Positions 53,389-62,321 of a stretch of DNA of 64,000 nucleotides are shown in pieces. The position numbers and the translations under genes are program-made. The stretch lies in assembly GCA_051294905.1 (NCBI GenBank), contig CM119371.1, forward strand, positions 27,714,001-27,778,000, in the 5' to 3' direction. The DNA comes from Botryllus schlosseri (taxonomy: Eukaryota). How positions within the stretch are numbered: the first letter of the stretch is position 1; every line of letters begins with the position of its first letter. A model generated the notes under the pieces. The model saw only the letters and a program-made list of their open reading frames with translations. It did not search any database and was not told the origin of the DNA.

Positions 53389-54276
53389 ATGGCCGAGGCT
53401 CAGATAGATAATCTTGACAAATTTGGTTATGAACCAAATGCATTCGAATCGCAATTTGAAGAGAATGCGGATATCTTTGACGCGATTAATCCTGGTGAGC
53501 TGATGATGTCTGATTTAAGAGTTGAATCCGCAGAACGCGACCTTACGGCAACGATCGAAATGCGACCAAACCATGCAGATATAGCGCGCCAGGCGTGGCT
53601 GAAGTCGGGTCAACTAGCTAGAGAAAGCGCGATTAATGACCTCGCGAACTTGTTGACGACGCCGTGTGTACCGATCGATGAGGCGAACGTTAGCACCGAA
53701 TTACCGAGTACTGAGAAGCCGTCGACTTCTGGGGTGACGCTACCACGCTCCGCGGGGTTGCTATCGGTAACTGATACTCCTAAATCTGTATCAACCGACA
53801 AGCCGACTCGAAAAAGAGCCATAGCGACAACGGCGGGGGTAGGCATACCACCAGCTAAACAGCTTCATAATGGGAAATCGAAAAATTCGAGTCGTACTGA
53901 ACCCAGACAGAAGGCTAGCAAGAAACCTGCGAAATCGAAAACCGTGAGTGTCGATGATTTTCGCGACGACGTGAAGGGAAAGAAGAAGCAAGAAGAAAAA
54001 CTATGTCAATACACAGTTGACAAGATGGTTACCCACCTCCAGACTATTGACGTTGTTAAGCCGCATTTAGGTTCAATACTATGTTATGTTGACTCGTTGA
54101 CGGAGAAAAAAAATTTGACTATCACAAAGCTCATGACTGACATCAAACGATTGCTTACTGTCAAGGGTCAGCGTCGGAGTCTTGATGAGATTCAGCCTGA
54201 ATTAAATACCGCAACCGATGAGTACTTGCATCGACTTCTAGAAATTAGAACAAAATTGAAGTATAATTTGTGCTGA
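53389..54276 (+). CDS. Polinton hypothetical protein, 295 aa (acidic N-terminus, S/T/K-rich linker, helical C-terminus)
   Basis: Long ATG ORF after a TATA box; AATAAA at 54348-53; internal GTGAGT donor at 53944 suggests isoforms. Confidence 0.8.
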   Translation: MAEAQIDNLDKFGYEPNAFESQFEENADIFDAINPGELMMSDLRVESAERDLTATIEMRPNHADIARQAWLKSGQLARESAINDLANLLTTPCVPIDEANVSTELPSTEKPSTSGVTLPRSAGLLSVTDTPKSVSTDKPTRKRAIATTAGVGIPPAKQLHNGKSKNSSRTEPRQKASKKPAKSKTVSVDDFRDDVKGKKKQEEKLCQYTVDKMVTHLQTIDVVKPHLGSILCYVDSLTEKKNLTITKLMTDIKRLLTVKGQRRSLDEIQPELNTATDEYLHRLLEIRTKLKYNLC

Positions 54277-54389
54277 ATGATTTTCGTTGTTGTGAGTGTC
54301 TATTCTCAATTTCTGTTTTCCGTTTCAGATTTTACATTAGAGCCGTAAATAAACAATAGCTTCTAAAAGCGCAACCACTAACGGCGCTG

Positions 54390-54866
54390 GCACTCTTGTA
54401 ATCTCGAATCAGCGGTTCACAGTCTTTCTCTCTGGGTGTCGAGCAGCGAACAGCGTGGCTGACTGTCTGGGTATATTCAACTGCGGATTGTCGGATAAGG
54501 AGTTAATTAGTAAGTTATTCGGTACGATTACTTTGATTTATGAATATAATTTGTTATTTATTTATCCGCCAGACAAAACAAGCGTGGGATTAAAGAATTG
54601 AAACGGTGAGTTATTATTGTTCAGAACTAGTGAACATGATGTAATGATTTTGTTGTTTACAGACAGTGCAAACTCAAGTTGAATACACGAGTCTACTGGT
54701 AAGTTATCTGCTGCATCACTACGTTAGCGAACATAGTTTGATGTGTTACTTGTTTTATTAAGCATAAAGAGTCAAGGAAGACACCAGCAAAGAAACTAGA
54801 TTGTAAGTAAGACTAGTTTAATGTTCCTCAAGTGCTGAATTTGACTGTGTGTTATCGCTTCTACAG
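54390..54866 (+). other. Predicted spliced 5' leader of pPolB: exons ..-54509, 54573-54605, 54663-54698, 54763-54802; introns of 63, 57, 64 and 64 nt
   Basis: Donors GTAAGT (54510), GTGAGT (54606), GTAAGT (54699), GTAAGT (54803), each followed ~60 nt later by a T-rich tract and AG; the last AG abuts the pPolB ATG. Confidence 0.7.
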
Positions 54867-57800
54867 ATGAGTCGACGACGGAGAAATCACGAGGACGAGA
54901 ATGAGCCACCAGAGATTGACAACCAACACCAACAAATTACATCTCAGAACTGGCAAGTGGTGAAATCGTATGTAGTGAACAGTAGCCGTGTGTATAATAT
55001 TCGAGTCATCGATCGTAAGCGATCGGATGTTTTCCAAGATACCCAATCGATCTGTCTGATCAACCCGCAGTTATATGAATACCCTACCGATGGCATGTTG
55101 ATTGGTTGTGCTGGTATTAAACTACCGACATGGCTTACAAAATCAAAATGCGTCATGACAATGTTGCGTCGAAAAAACGGTACGAGACACAATGACAATC
55201 TGTGTGCTTTTCGCTGTATTGGTCACTCACTAGGAAAAGATACCAAAGATTTGGCTCAACAGTTCACTTCGGTGTATGGTGTAAATGTAGAATCCGGTGT
55301 AACTCTTGACATGTTGAATGATATCGAGGTCTTGTTTAATGTGGCCATATTTGTATACACCAAGACTGATGGTAAAGCTGTCGCGCTCCGTCGTAGTACG
55401 TTTGAAGGGAAACCTGTGTATTTACATTTAGAACATGCACACTTCTGTCTCATTACTGATATGAGGCGATATATAGAGACCTATAAATGTGATGTTTGCC
55501 AACGATTATTTGATGAACAATATGATTTGACCAGACACAAATGTGTAACGGGTCCCGTTGAAGTGTTCCCGGGTGGCGTGTATACACCTCCTCTGAACAT
55601 CTTTGAAAAACTTGATCTAGAAGGGGTGTTTGTTCCTCATCAGCTTCGTTATTTCAAATACCGTATCGCGTTCAGTATAGAGAGTGTGTATGATACCTCA
55701 AAAACTTTGCGAGAGTGCCAGAACATTCCCATCTCTGTTAGCATATCGTCTAATGTGGAAGGTTACTTGGAGTCGCGTGTAATTGTCTCGAGCGGTGATA
55801 CAAACGATTTATGCGCCCAAATGATTGACCATTTTCACGATATTCAAAGTGAATCATTCAGACTGTCACTCACAGAATATCGACCCTACCTGGACATGCT
55901 CAAATCGAAAATTACCGAAATGAAAGTGCTCGATCCTTCAAAACACCCAATACCCCTTGAACGTTTACAAGTGGAGTTTATGAGTTATTTGCGTCAAATC
56001 CCTGTTTTGTCGTTCAATTGTGATCGATATGACTTGAACTGGTTCAAAGCGTACTTGTTTGGTTTTCTCGTTGACGACAATCTTAGTGTACTGAAACGCG
56101 GTAACAAATTTCTCTCAATGACGACCAACAGACTTCAATTCTTGGATATTGTGAATTACTTGACACCCGGGTTCTCGTATGATTCGTATTTGGAGGTCGT
56201 CAAATGTAGCGCCGCTAAGGGTCATTTTCCGTACCAGTTTCTGACTAGTTTGGAAAAGTTAGATTATCCGAGTCTACCAAGCCACGACGAGTTTTACAAC
56301 CCGCTAAAAGGTTGTAATATATCCACAGCTGAATATGAAAACTGTTTGAAGGTTTGGAACGACAACAAAATGACCTCTCTGCGTGATTATCTCAAATGGT
56401 GCAACGCGAACGATACTCACTACTTCATAGAGGTTTTAGAAAAACAATTCCAATCATTCAAAAGTCAATTCAATGTTGATATATTCAAGGATGCGGTCTC
56501 CCTACCCGGGGTTGTATCGAGGCATCTTTTCAATAGCATTCCGCGTGATTTCACCTTGTTCAATGATAAACACCAAGATCTGTTTTCGCTATTCGGGGAT
56601 AATTTAGTGGGTGGACCATCGATCATTTTCCATCGACACCCAAAACCAGGTGTAACTCGGATCAAAGAACATGTCTATAAGGAAAATGCACAGATTGCAC
56701 AACATATAACAAGTTTGACCAGCGACTCGCTCTATCTGTATGCTTTAAGTCGACCAAGTCCAACTGGATTTGCGATACGTTGGCAACCAATCGACGCCGA
56801 GTGTACTAAATTCAAACCTGTCAAGACCGCGCCGAAATGCTCAGAGACTGTAACCCAGTGGATGAATTGGTATTCCCATATTCATAAGGTGCATGTTCAC
56901 CACGCTTTTAACGGACCTGAAATTCATGTGGGTGTGCGCAATTATCGACCTGATGGGTTTTATCGTAATTCGGCCGGACAAGGGATAATCTTATCGTTCC
57001 TTAGATGTGATTTTCACGCCCACGATTGCAGATTCGGATGTGATGACCCAGTACGTCGAGAGCGAGCTAAACGCATTCATGATTATTACGAAAGTCTAAA
57101 TTATCGAGTTGTATGTAAATGGGAATGTGAGTGGAATATCGAGAAGAAGAGAAATCCTGATATTGTGCGATATCTCGATGGTATTCAACCACAACTGACC
57201 CGTGCCAAGTCTGTCACCCCACAGAAATTGATGGAGATGGTGATGAATGGTACTTTCTTTGGTTGTTTGCTGGTTGATATTTGTACTCGACCACATTCGA
57301 AAAAGCGATTCGCTGAACTCCGCCCGATATTCAAAAATACTACAGTGTCTCGCGATACCGTGAAAAGTGACATGAATCAGCTTGCTGTAGATCGGAAATC
57401 ACCCAGTAAACCCACTGACATGTTGGTTGCGTCGTACTGCGGTAAGAAAATCTTACTAACCTCCGACTTGATCAAATGGTATGTAGATCACGGATTGGTG
57501 GTATCAAAAATTCATGAGGCTGTCGAGTTCGCCAAAAAGACATGTTTTGACAACTTTGCGAAAAATGTCTCAGACTGTCGACGTGCTGGGGATCGCGATC
57601 CTAACATGGCGATTATTGGGCTAACGCAAAAACTCGCTGCGAATTCTTGTTATGATCGTGAGTTAATGAATCCGCGTAAACTCGAACAAACCACGTTCTG
57701 TGATAAAAGTGAATTGAACGCAAATGTGGAGGATCGTTTCTTCGTCAAGTGTGGAGAAATAAACACAGATCTATTTGAAATAACGAAGCACCCTCAAAAG

Positions 57801-58214
57801 ATCGAGCAAGATAACTGCATTCAAGTATCGTTCTGGTTGTATAATAATGTCAAATTACGGATGTTGTCGTTTTTTTATGACTGTTTATGCAAATATTTTC
57901 GCACCGATTGCTTCATGCTACTTTCGGTGGATATCAATTCGTTTTTCATCGCACATTCAGCCCCACTCGATGACATTCTCATCTCCGAGAAAAGGAACGA
58001 ATTTTACTGTGATTACGAGAATTGGTTTCCACGTTATTTTTGCGATGAGCATCGAAACGAATTCTTGACTGACCCGTCTTCTTTTGACCGCTCGAGACAG
58101 TGTTGCAAAGAGACGTATGCTCATTATCTTCATCAACCTGGTTTGATAAAAGTGAGATACGACGCCGATGCATCTTTCCACGGTCGCAATCGCTTTCACA
58201 GTGACCCAAGATAA
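54867..58214 (+). CDS. polB: Protein-primed family B DNA polymerase homologue (1115 aa) with substituted catalytic motifs
   Basis: DNLCAFRC, C2H2-like CDVC..H, FNCDRYD, KGHFPY, VGGPSIIFHR, Vsr-like insert (PDGF..KWECEW), KLAANSCYD, VDINS, PGLIK. Stop is followed directly by AATAAA (58215-20). Confidence 0.92.
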   Translation: MSRRRRNHEDENEPPEIDNQHQQITSQNWQVVKSYVVNSSRVYNIRVIDRKRSDVFQDTQSICLINPQLYEYPTDGMLIGCAGIKLPTWLTKSKCVMTMLRRKNGTRHNDNLCAFRCIGHSLGKDTKDLAQQFTSVYGVNVESGVTLDMLNDIEVLFNVAIFVYTKTDGKAVALRRSTFEGKPVYLHLEHAHFCLITDMRRYIETYKCDVCQRLFDEQYDLTRHKCVTGPVEVFPGGVYTPPLNIFEKLDLEGVFVPHQLRYFKYRIAFSIESVYDTSKTLRECQNIPISVSISSNVEGYLESRVIVSSGDTNDLCAQMIDHFHDIQSESFRLSLTEYRPYLDMLKSKITEMKVLDPSKHPIPLERLQVEFMSYLRQIPVLSFNCDRYDLNWFKAYLFGFLVDDNLSVLKRGNKFLSMTTNRLQFLDIVNYLTPGFSYDSYLEVVKCSAAKGHFPYQFLTSLEKLDYPSLPSHDEFYNPLKGCNISTAEYENCLKVWNDNKMTSLRDYLKWCNANDTHYFIEVLEKQFQSFKSQFNVDIFKDAVSLPGVVSRHLFNSIPRDFTLFNDKHQDLFSLFGDNLVGGPSIIFHRHPKPGVTRIKEHVYKENAQIAQHITSLTSDSLYLYALSRPSPTGFAIRWQPIDAECTKFKPVKTAPKCSETVTQWMNWYSHIHKVHVHHAFNGPEIHVGVRNYRPDGFYRNSAGQGIILSFLRCDFHAHDCRFGCDDPVRRERAKRIHDYYESLNYRVVCKWECEWNIEKKRNPDIVRYLDGIQPQLTRAKSVTPQKLMEMVMNGTFFGCLLVDICTRPHSKKRFAELRPIFKNTTVSRDTVKSDMNQLAVDRKSPSKPTDMLVASYCGKKILLTSDLIKWYVDHGLVVSKIHEAVEFAKKTCFDNFAKNVSDCRRAGDRDPNMAIIGLTQKLAANSCYDRELMNPRKLEQTTFCDKSELNANVEDRFFVKCGEINTDLFEITKHPQKIEQDNCIQVSFWLYNNVKLRMLSFFYDCLCKYFRTDCFMLLSVDINSFFIAHSAPLDDILISEKRNEFYCDYENWFPRYFCDEHRNEFLTDPSSFDRSRQCCKETYAHYLHQPGLIKVRYDADASFHGRNRFHSDPR

Positions 58215-58494
58215 AATAAATCACGGCGTTGAATGTTATTGTGGTGTACTTGTATATATTTTGTGTGACTTTAATTTATTTGTATATACTGTATGTTTGA
58301 TGTGATTTATTTGTATTGTGTGTTCATGTATCATTTGTTTTCCAGATTGATAACACTATTACCTATCTAAAGTCTGTCATGTCGTTAGATTTTAATGGTT
58401 TACATGTAGAGATGATTACATTCGAGCGGGAAGTACCACAGTTCATGATTCTTGGTTCTACCAAACAACTCCCAACGTCGATGATACCCGATGG

Positions 58495-58802
58495 ATGAAA
58501 AGCAGATCACCAAAACTTGTGCTCAATGGTGAGGTCTATAGTTTGGTAAAGTAACACTATATTTTAAAGCGCTATGAACGTATTACGAATCCTCTTATGT
58601 GATTTATTATTTTACAGATTGGGATCAGCTGCTTGACGACTTGAATAAAGCATTCGTAACACTACAACTTCCGCTGACGAAATTACGAGGGACAGATGAA
58701 GATTTCATAACCCGGGGAAAATTGCTAAATCGAACTTTACTGGGATTGTATATTCCGCTAGAACATGACGACTACAACAGTGGATATTCCCAACCTTGTT
58801 GA
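58495..58802 (+). CDS. Putative two-exon small Polinton gene (58495-58528 + 58618-58802, ~72 aa)
   Basis: ATG AAA AGC...AAT G|GTGAGG and ttattttacAG|AT TGG join in phase 1 to give MKSRSPKLVLNDWDQLLDDLNKAFVTLQ...SQPC*. No homology recognised. Confidence 0.4.
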
Positions 58803-58844
58803 TATATAAACACATACACTTTATCGAGTTTCAATAAACAACAA

Positions 58845-59456
58845 ATGATGGAATTGATCCACCCATTCGCGTGTATTGTGAGTGGTCCTTCGAGAAGTGG
58901 GAAGACTACTTTTGTTGCAAAGCTGATCAGGCATGCGACATCCATGATTAAACCAAGTGTATCCAGGGTCGTATATTGTTACAATAATTATCAGGAGGTT
59001 TTCAAGACGATGCGTAACGTAGAATTCCACGCGGGTCTAGATATTTTAGAAGAGTTGAAGGTTTGCTCTGAAGACACCTTGATTATAGTGGATGATTTCA
59101 TGGCCGAGACAGCGAAAATTGCAGACTACTTTACAAGATTTTCTCATCATTCGGCAAAGTCAATTTGCTATATCACACAGAACCTGTACCACAAGGGTAA
59201 AGGAGCGCGTGACTTGAGTCTCTCGAGCTCGTATATGGTGATTTTCAAGAATCCGCGCGACCAACAGCAGATCAGTTTTCTTGGTCGACAAATGTACCCA
59301 AACTCTAGATTTTTAACAGAGGCTTATCGTGACGCTGCTAGACAACCTCATAGTTATTTATTCCTTGATCTCACGCAAGAAGCACCTGAAAATCGACGAG
59401 TTATGACCAATATATTTCCTGGTGAAACCATGGTGGTTTATAGCCCGATGGTATAA
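58845..59456 (+). CDS. A32/FtsK-HerA-type DNA packaging ATPase
   Basis: Walker A GPSRSGKT, Walker B LIIVDD, ITQNLY, IFKNPRD, SYLFLDL motifs typical of Polinton ATPases; TATATAAA at 58803. Confidence 0.95.
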   Translation: MMELIHPFACIVSGPSRSGKTTFVAKLIRHATSMIKPSVSRVVYCYNNYQEVFKTMRNVEFHAGLDILEELKVCSEDTLIIVDDFMAETAKIADYFTRFSHHSAKSICYITQNLYHKGKGARDLSLSSSYMVIFKNPRDQQQISFLGRQMYPNSRFLTEAYRDAARQPHSYLFLDLTQEAPENRRVMTNIFPGETMVVYSPMV

Positions 59457-59489
59457 ATAGCCAGGTGCAGAGACGACTTTAAACTCAAA

Positions 59490-59837
59490 ATGACCAAGGT
59501 ACCAGCTCGGACACGGCGGCATATACCCACACTAGAGTTCCTACATAAAAGTAAACCCGAGATACGCAAGCAAATTATATCGGGAGCCAGCAAAGAATTG
59601 ATCGAGTGTATATGCGATTGTACAAAGAACATTTTAAACGGCAACATCCCTCTTTCAAAGTATAAAAGAAAGCGACTATCAGCTCATAAATGTAGTTTAC
59701 GTCGACTTGTCAGGAAAGACATCCCTATTCGACATAAAAAACGTATGGTCAACCAGAATGGGGGTATGTTTATGACTCTATTATCAAGCATCCTACCCGT
59801 CGTCACTGGTTTACTCGGTAATCTTTTCAAAAAATGA
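59490..59837 (+). CDS. Conserved Polinton basic virion protein with C-terminal amphipathic helix after a Q-x-G-G site
   Basis: ELIECICDCTKNILNGNIPLS..K..L...QNGGMFMTLLSSILPVVTGLL resembles the small Polinton core or membrane-lytic precursor proteins. Confidence 0.75.
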   Translation: MTKVPARTRRHIPTLEFLHKSKPEIRKQIISGASKELIECICDCTKNILNGNIPLSKYKRKRLSAHKCSLRRLVRKDIPIRHKKRMVNQNGGMFMTLLSSILPVVTGLLGNLFKK

Positions 59838-60229
59838 CTTCTTTTAAAAAAATCTTCATAAATCCGAGCCCGATCAACGGAGCTGACGTTCAGAAATTGA
59901 ATTTGGATATCGACAAATGCATGAGCGACATATTACAGATGAACATACCCCAAGAACGAAAATTAGCCTTATATAACGACGCACTAAATCGTTATCAAAC
60001 AAAACACGACACGCTGAATCAACCGATGAAAATCGATATATCAGAACAAAGGAATCTATTTTCGGCTAGTGAGTTGGACGCACTGCGACGCCTGATCAAG
60101 GGTGAACCATCAAGGATTCCTATACCATCACCGAGTAGCCAACGAAGCAAAGTAAAGACTCAGCATGCCCCGACGAAAAGCGGTCGTACACCCAAGACCC
60201 CGAGACGATACGGATGGGAGCCATACTAA
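59834..60229 (+). CDS. Conserved Polinton hypothetical protein, 131 aa
   Basis: LD..MSDIL......KLALYNDALNRY motif and terminal W-x-x-Y; ATGA overlap with the upstream ORF. Confidence 0.7.
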   Translation: MTSFKKIFINPSPINGADVQKLNLDIDKCMSDILQMNIPQERKLALYNDALNRYQTKHDTLNQPMKIDISEQRNLFSASELDALRRLIKGEPSRIPIPSPSSQRSKVKTQHAPTKSGRTPKTPRRYGWEPY

Positions 60230-61235
60230 GTATTTCACGCCAGGGCTACCCGGTAGTTATCGCGGTGCATACGTATTCTCTAGAGGGCGGAATAGAGCCA
60301 AAGTCAAGGAGTTTCTTTCGAGCAAGGACGCGTACACAAAACATTTTCCCTATCGAAAGAAATTTAAGAGACCTAGAGTGATTACGTCCGGTCTCGGTGT
60401 TCAGTATCAAACCGATCTCATGCATATGCAAAATCTTTCAAAAGAAAACGATAATTTTAAATATGTGTTGGTGACGATCGATTGTTTCAGCCGATTTTTA
60501 TATCTGTATCCACTCAAAAACAAAACCTCGCAAGGTATTATTCGCGGATTCAAGGAAATATTTAAGGATCGTATACCTCATGTTATTCAAAGTGATCAAG
60601 GTTCTGAGTTTACTAATCGTGCGTTTCAGACTTTCTTAAAAGAGAACAATGTGCGACATTTTCATACAAATAGTGAACTGAAAGCATCGATATGCGAGCG
60701 TGTTATTCGTACTGTGAAGCAAGTGTTATACCGTTATTTCACGCATAATAAGACTTTGAATTATGTCAGTGTCCTGTCTGAGATATGCCGGGGGTATAAC
60801 ACTACTTTTCACGTTGCTATAGGGTGTCCTCCAGCAGATGTTGATTATTCAAATCAAGAACAAATTTTCCACAGGTTATACGGTGACATGACCCCTAAAA
60901 AACCCAAACTAACTATCGGCACACCGGTCAGGATTTCGAAATCACGTGGTAATTTTGTAAAAAGTGCCTTGGCGAGTTGGACCGAAGAAATCTTTTTCGT
61001 ATCTCAATGTTGTAAAGGTGACCCTCCTACTTATCAATTGAAAGACTACCATGGTGAAGTTATAGACGGTCGCTTTCAGCGTGAAGAGTTACAACCAATA
61101 ACGAAAAATAATAATATTTACAATATCGAGAAAATCCTGTCTACTCGCAGGAAAGGAAAGAAAACGCAATATTTTGTAAAATGGTTGGGTTACCCATCTA
61201 CATTTAATTCCTGGGTCTCGGATTTGTATAAATAG
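60165..61235 (+). CDS. int: Retroviral-type (rve/c-int) integrase with C-terminal chromodomain
   Basis: DDE triad QTD..IDCFSR / QSDQGSEF / ICER intact; WTEEIF; chromodomain YNIEKIL..YFVKWLGYPSTFNSWV. Confidence 0.95.
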   Translation: MPRRKAVVHPRPRDDTDGSHTKYFTPGLPGSYRGAYVFSRGRNRAKVKEFLSSKDAYTKHFPYRKKFKRPRVITSGLGVQYQTDLMHMQNLSKENDNFKYVLVTIDCFSRFLYLYPLKNKTSQGIIRGFKEIFKDRIPHVIQSDQGSEFTNRAFQTFLKENNVRHFHTNSELKASICERVIRTVKQVLYRYFTHNKTLNYVSVLSEICRGYNTTFHVAIGCPPADVDYSNQEQIFHRLYGDMTPKKPKLTIGTPVRISKSRGNFVKSALASWTEEIFFVSQCCKGDPPTYQLKDYHGEVIDGRFQREELQPITKNNNIYNIEKILSTRRKGKKTQYFVKWLGYPSTFNSWVSDLYK

Positions 61236-61244
61236 ACGCTGAAA

Positions 61245-61478
61245 ATGTTGTTCAACCAAACTATGGATTCTGATTCCGGCTCATCTCGCATGGGTCAAGT
61301 CTCGAACAGTCTGAAAAACCAGATTGTGTTTATTGTGCAGATTTGTATGTTAGTGTGTGTAATCGTGTTTTCCTTATATCAAATTTCTGTCGGGGTGGAT
61401 CGTGAAATATATTTAACGCTACTGTCTTCTTCACTTGGGTATTTATTACCGAATCCATCGCCTCACCGTATATGTTGA
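61245..61478 (+). CDS. Small Polinton membrane protein
   Basis: Hydrophobic IVFIVQICMLVCVIVFSLYQI and LLSSSLGYLLPNP segments; TATAAATA at 61227. Confidence 0.75.
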   Translation: MLFNQTMDSDSGSSRMGQVSNSLKNQIVFIVQICMLVCVIVFSLYQISVGVDREIYLTLLSSSLGYLLPNPSPHRIC

Positions 61479-61490
61479 AGAAACAATAAA

Positions 61491-62321
61491 ATGTTGTTGA
61501 CTCTACCTTCGAATGCGAGTTTGGATAAATTTTCGAATACTAGCGCAGATTTTCAAACGGAACTTTACAAAGAATTAGAAATGAATCGCCATGAGCTGGG
61601 ATTATGTGAGCTGACCTTCCCCAATGATTTTCAACCGCGAATTGAAGTGACAGCGAAAAGTATCGGTTTTGGATTTGTCGATGCGAATGGATACACCGAA
61701 CGGTATTATATTCCCGAAGGTTCGTATTACAGCATCGGTGAAATGTTAGAATCGTACGAGAAATATTACATGGGGGACATTTTCATTTTACAAGGATTCG
61801 GTGACTTTAGAATCACATTCAGAAGATTAGTCACGAGTAAAAAAAGACACAAGCGAGGTGTACCCATAAATACCGATACCGCAGACTCTAGCGTCAAACA
61901 CATACCCCGTACCACGCATGATTCACCCGAGCCTTACGGACTGATACCGCTTGGTTCTGTGTTGGCCACAATAACATTTAGACGCGTTGTATCTCGTCGC
62001 CGCGGAGTGGTAGAATTTATATTTACACCTGCGATAAAGTTGGAACGGATTGATAAGGTTTATGTGTATTGCGATCTGATACAACCAAGACCACATGGTA
62101 ACAAGCTGCAACAACTTTTACGGGTGGTTACTGTAACCGCTAAACCGAATGAAAACCAAATCAACATATTCCCAAAACCATACTTCTTTGCTTTAGCGAG
62201 AAACAATTTTAGAACGATACGAATTTATCTACGTGATGCAGCTGGCAACCCTATTAAATTTCGAAAAGCACCAGTGACAGTAACCCTACGCTTCCGGCGT
62301 AGAGCTGTTGATTCAATATGA
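61491..62321 (+). CDS. Minor capsid protein (penton, single jelly roll) 1
   Basis: LTLPSNAS..NTSADF..LGLCELTFP ... VYVYCDLIQP..G..LLRVV...PYF...IRIYLRD..G.PI.F..VTLRFRR. Confidence 0.9.
   Translation: MLLTLPSNASLDKFSNTSADFQTELYKELEMNRHELGLCELTFPNDFQPRIEVTAKSIGFGFVDANGYTERYYIPEGSYYSIGEMLESYEKYYMGDIFILQGFGDFRITFRRLVTSKKRHKRGVPINTDTADSSVKHIPRTTHDSPEPYGLIPLGSVLATITFRRVVSRRRGVVEFIFTPAIKLERIDKVYVYCDLIQPRPHGNKLQQLLRVVTVTAKPNENQINIFPKPYFFALARNNFRTIRIYLRDAAGNPIKFRKAPVTVTLRFRRRAVDSI

Noticed and set aside
54849-54866. GTG start of the pPolB ORF in the track
   Set aside because: Lies in the polypyrimidine tract of a predicted intron; the ATG at 54867 follows the AG directly.
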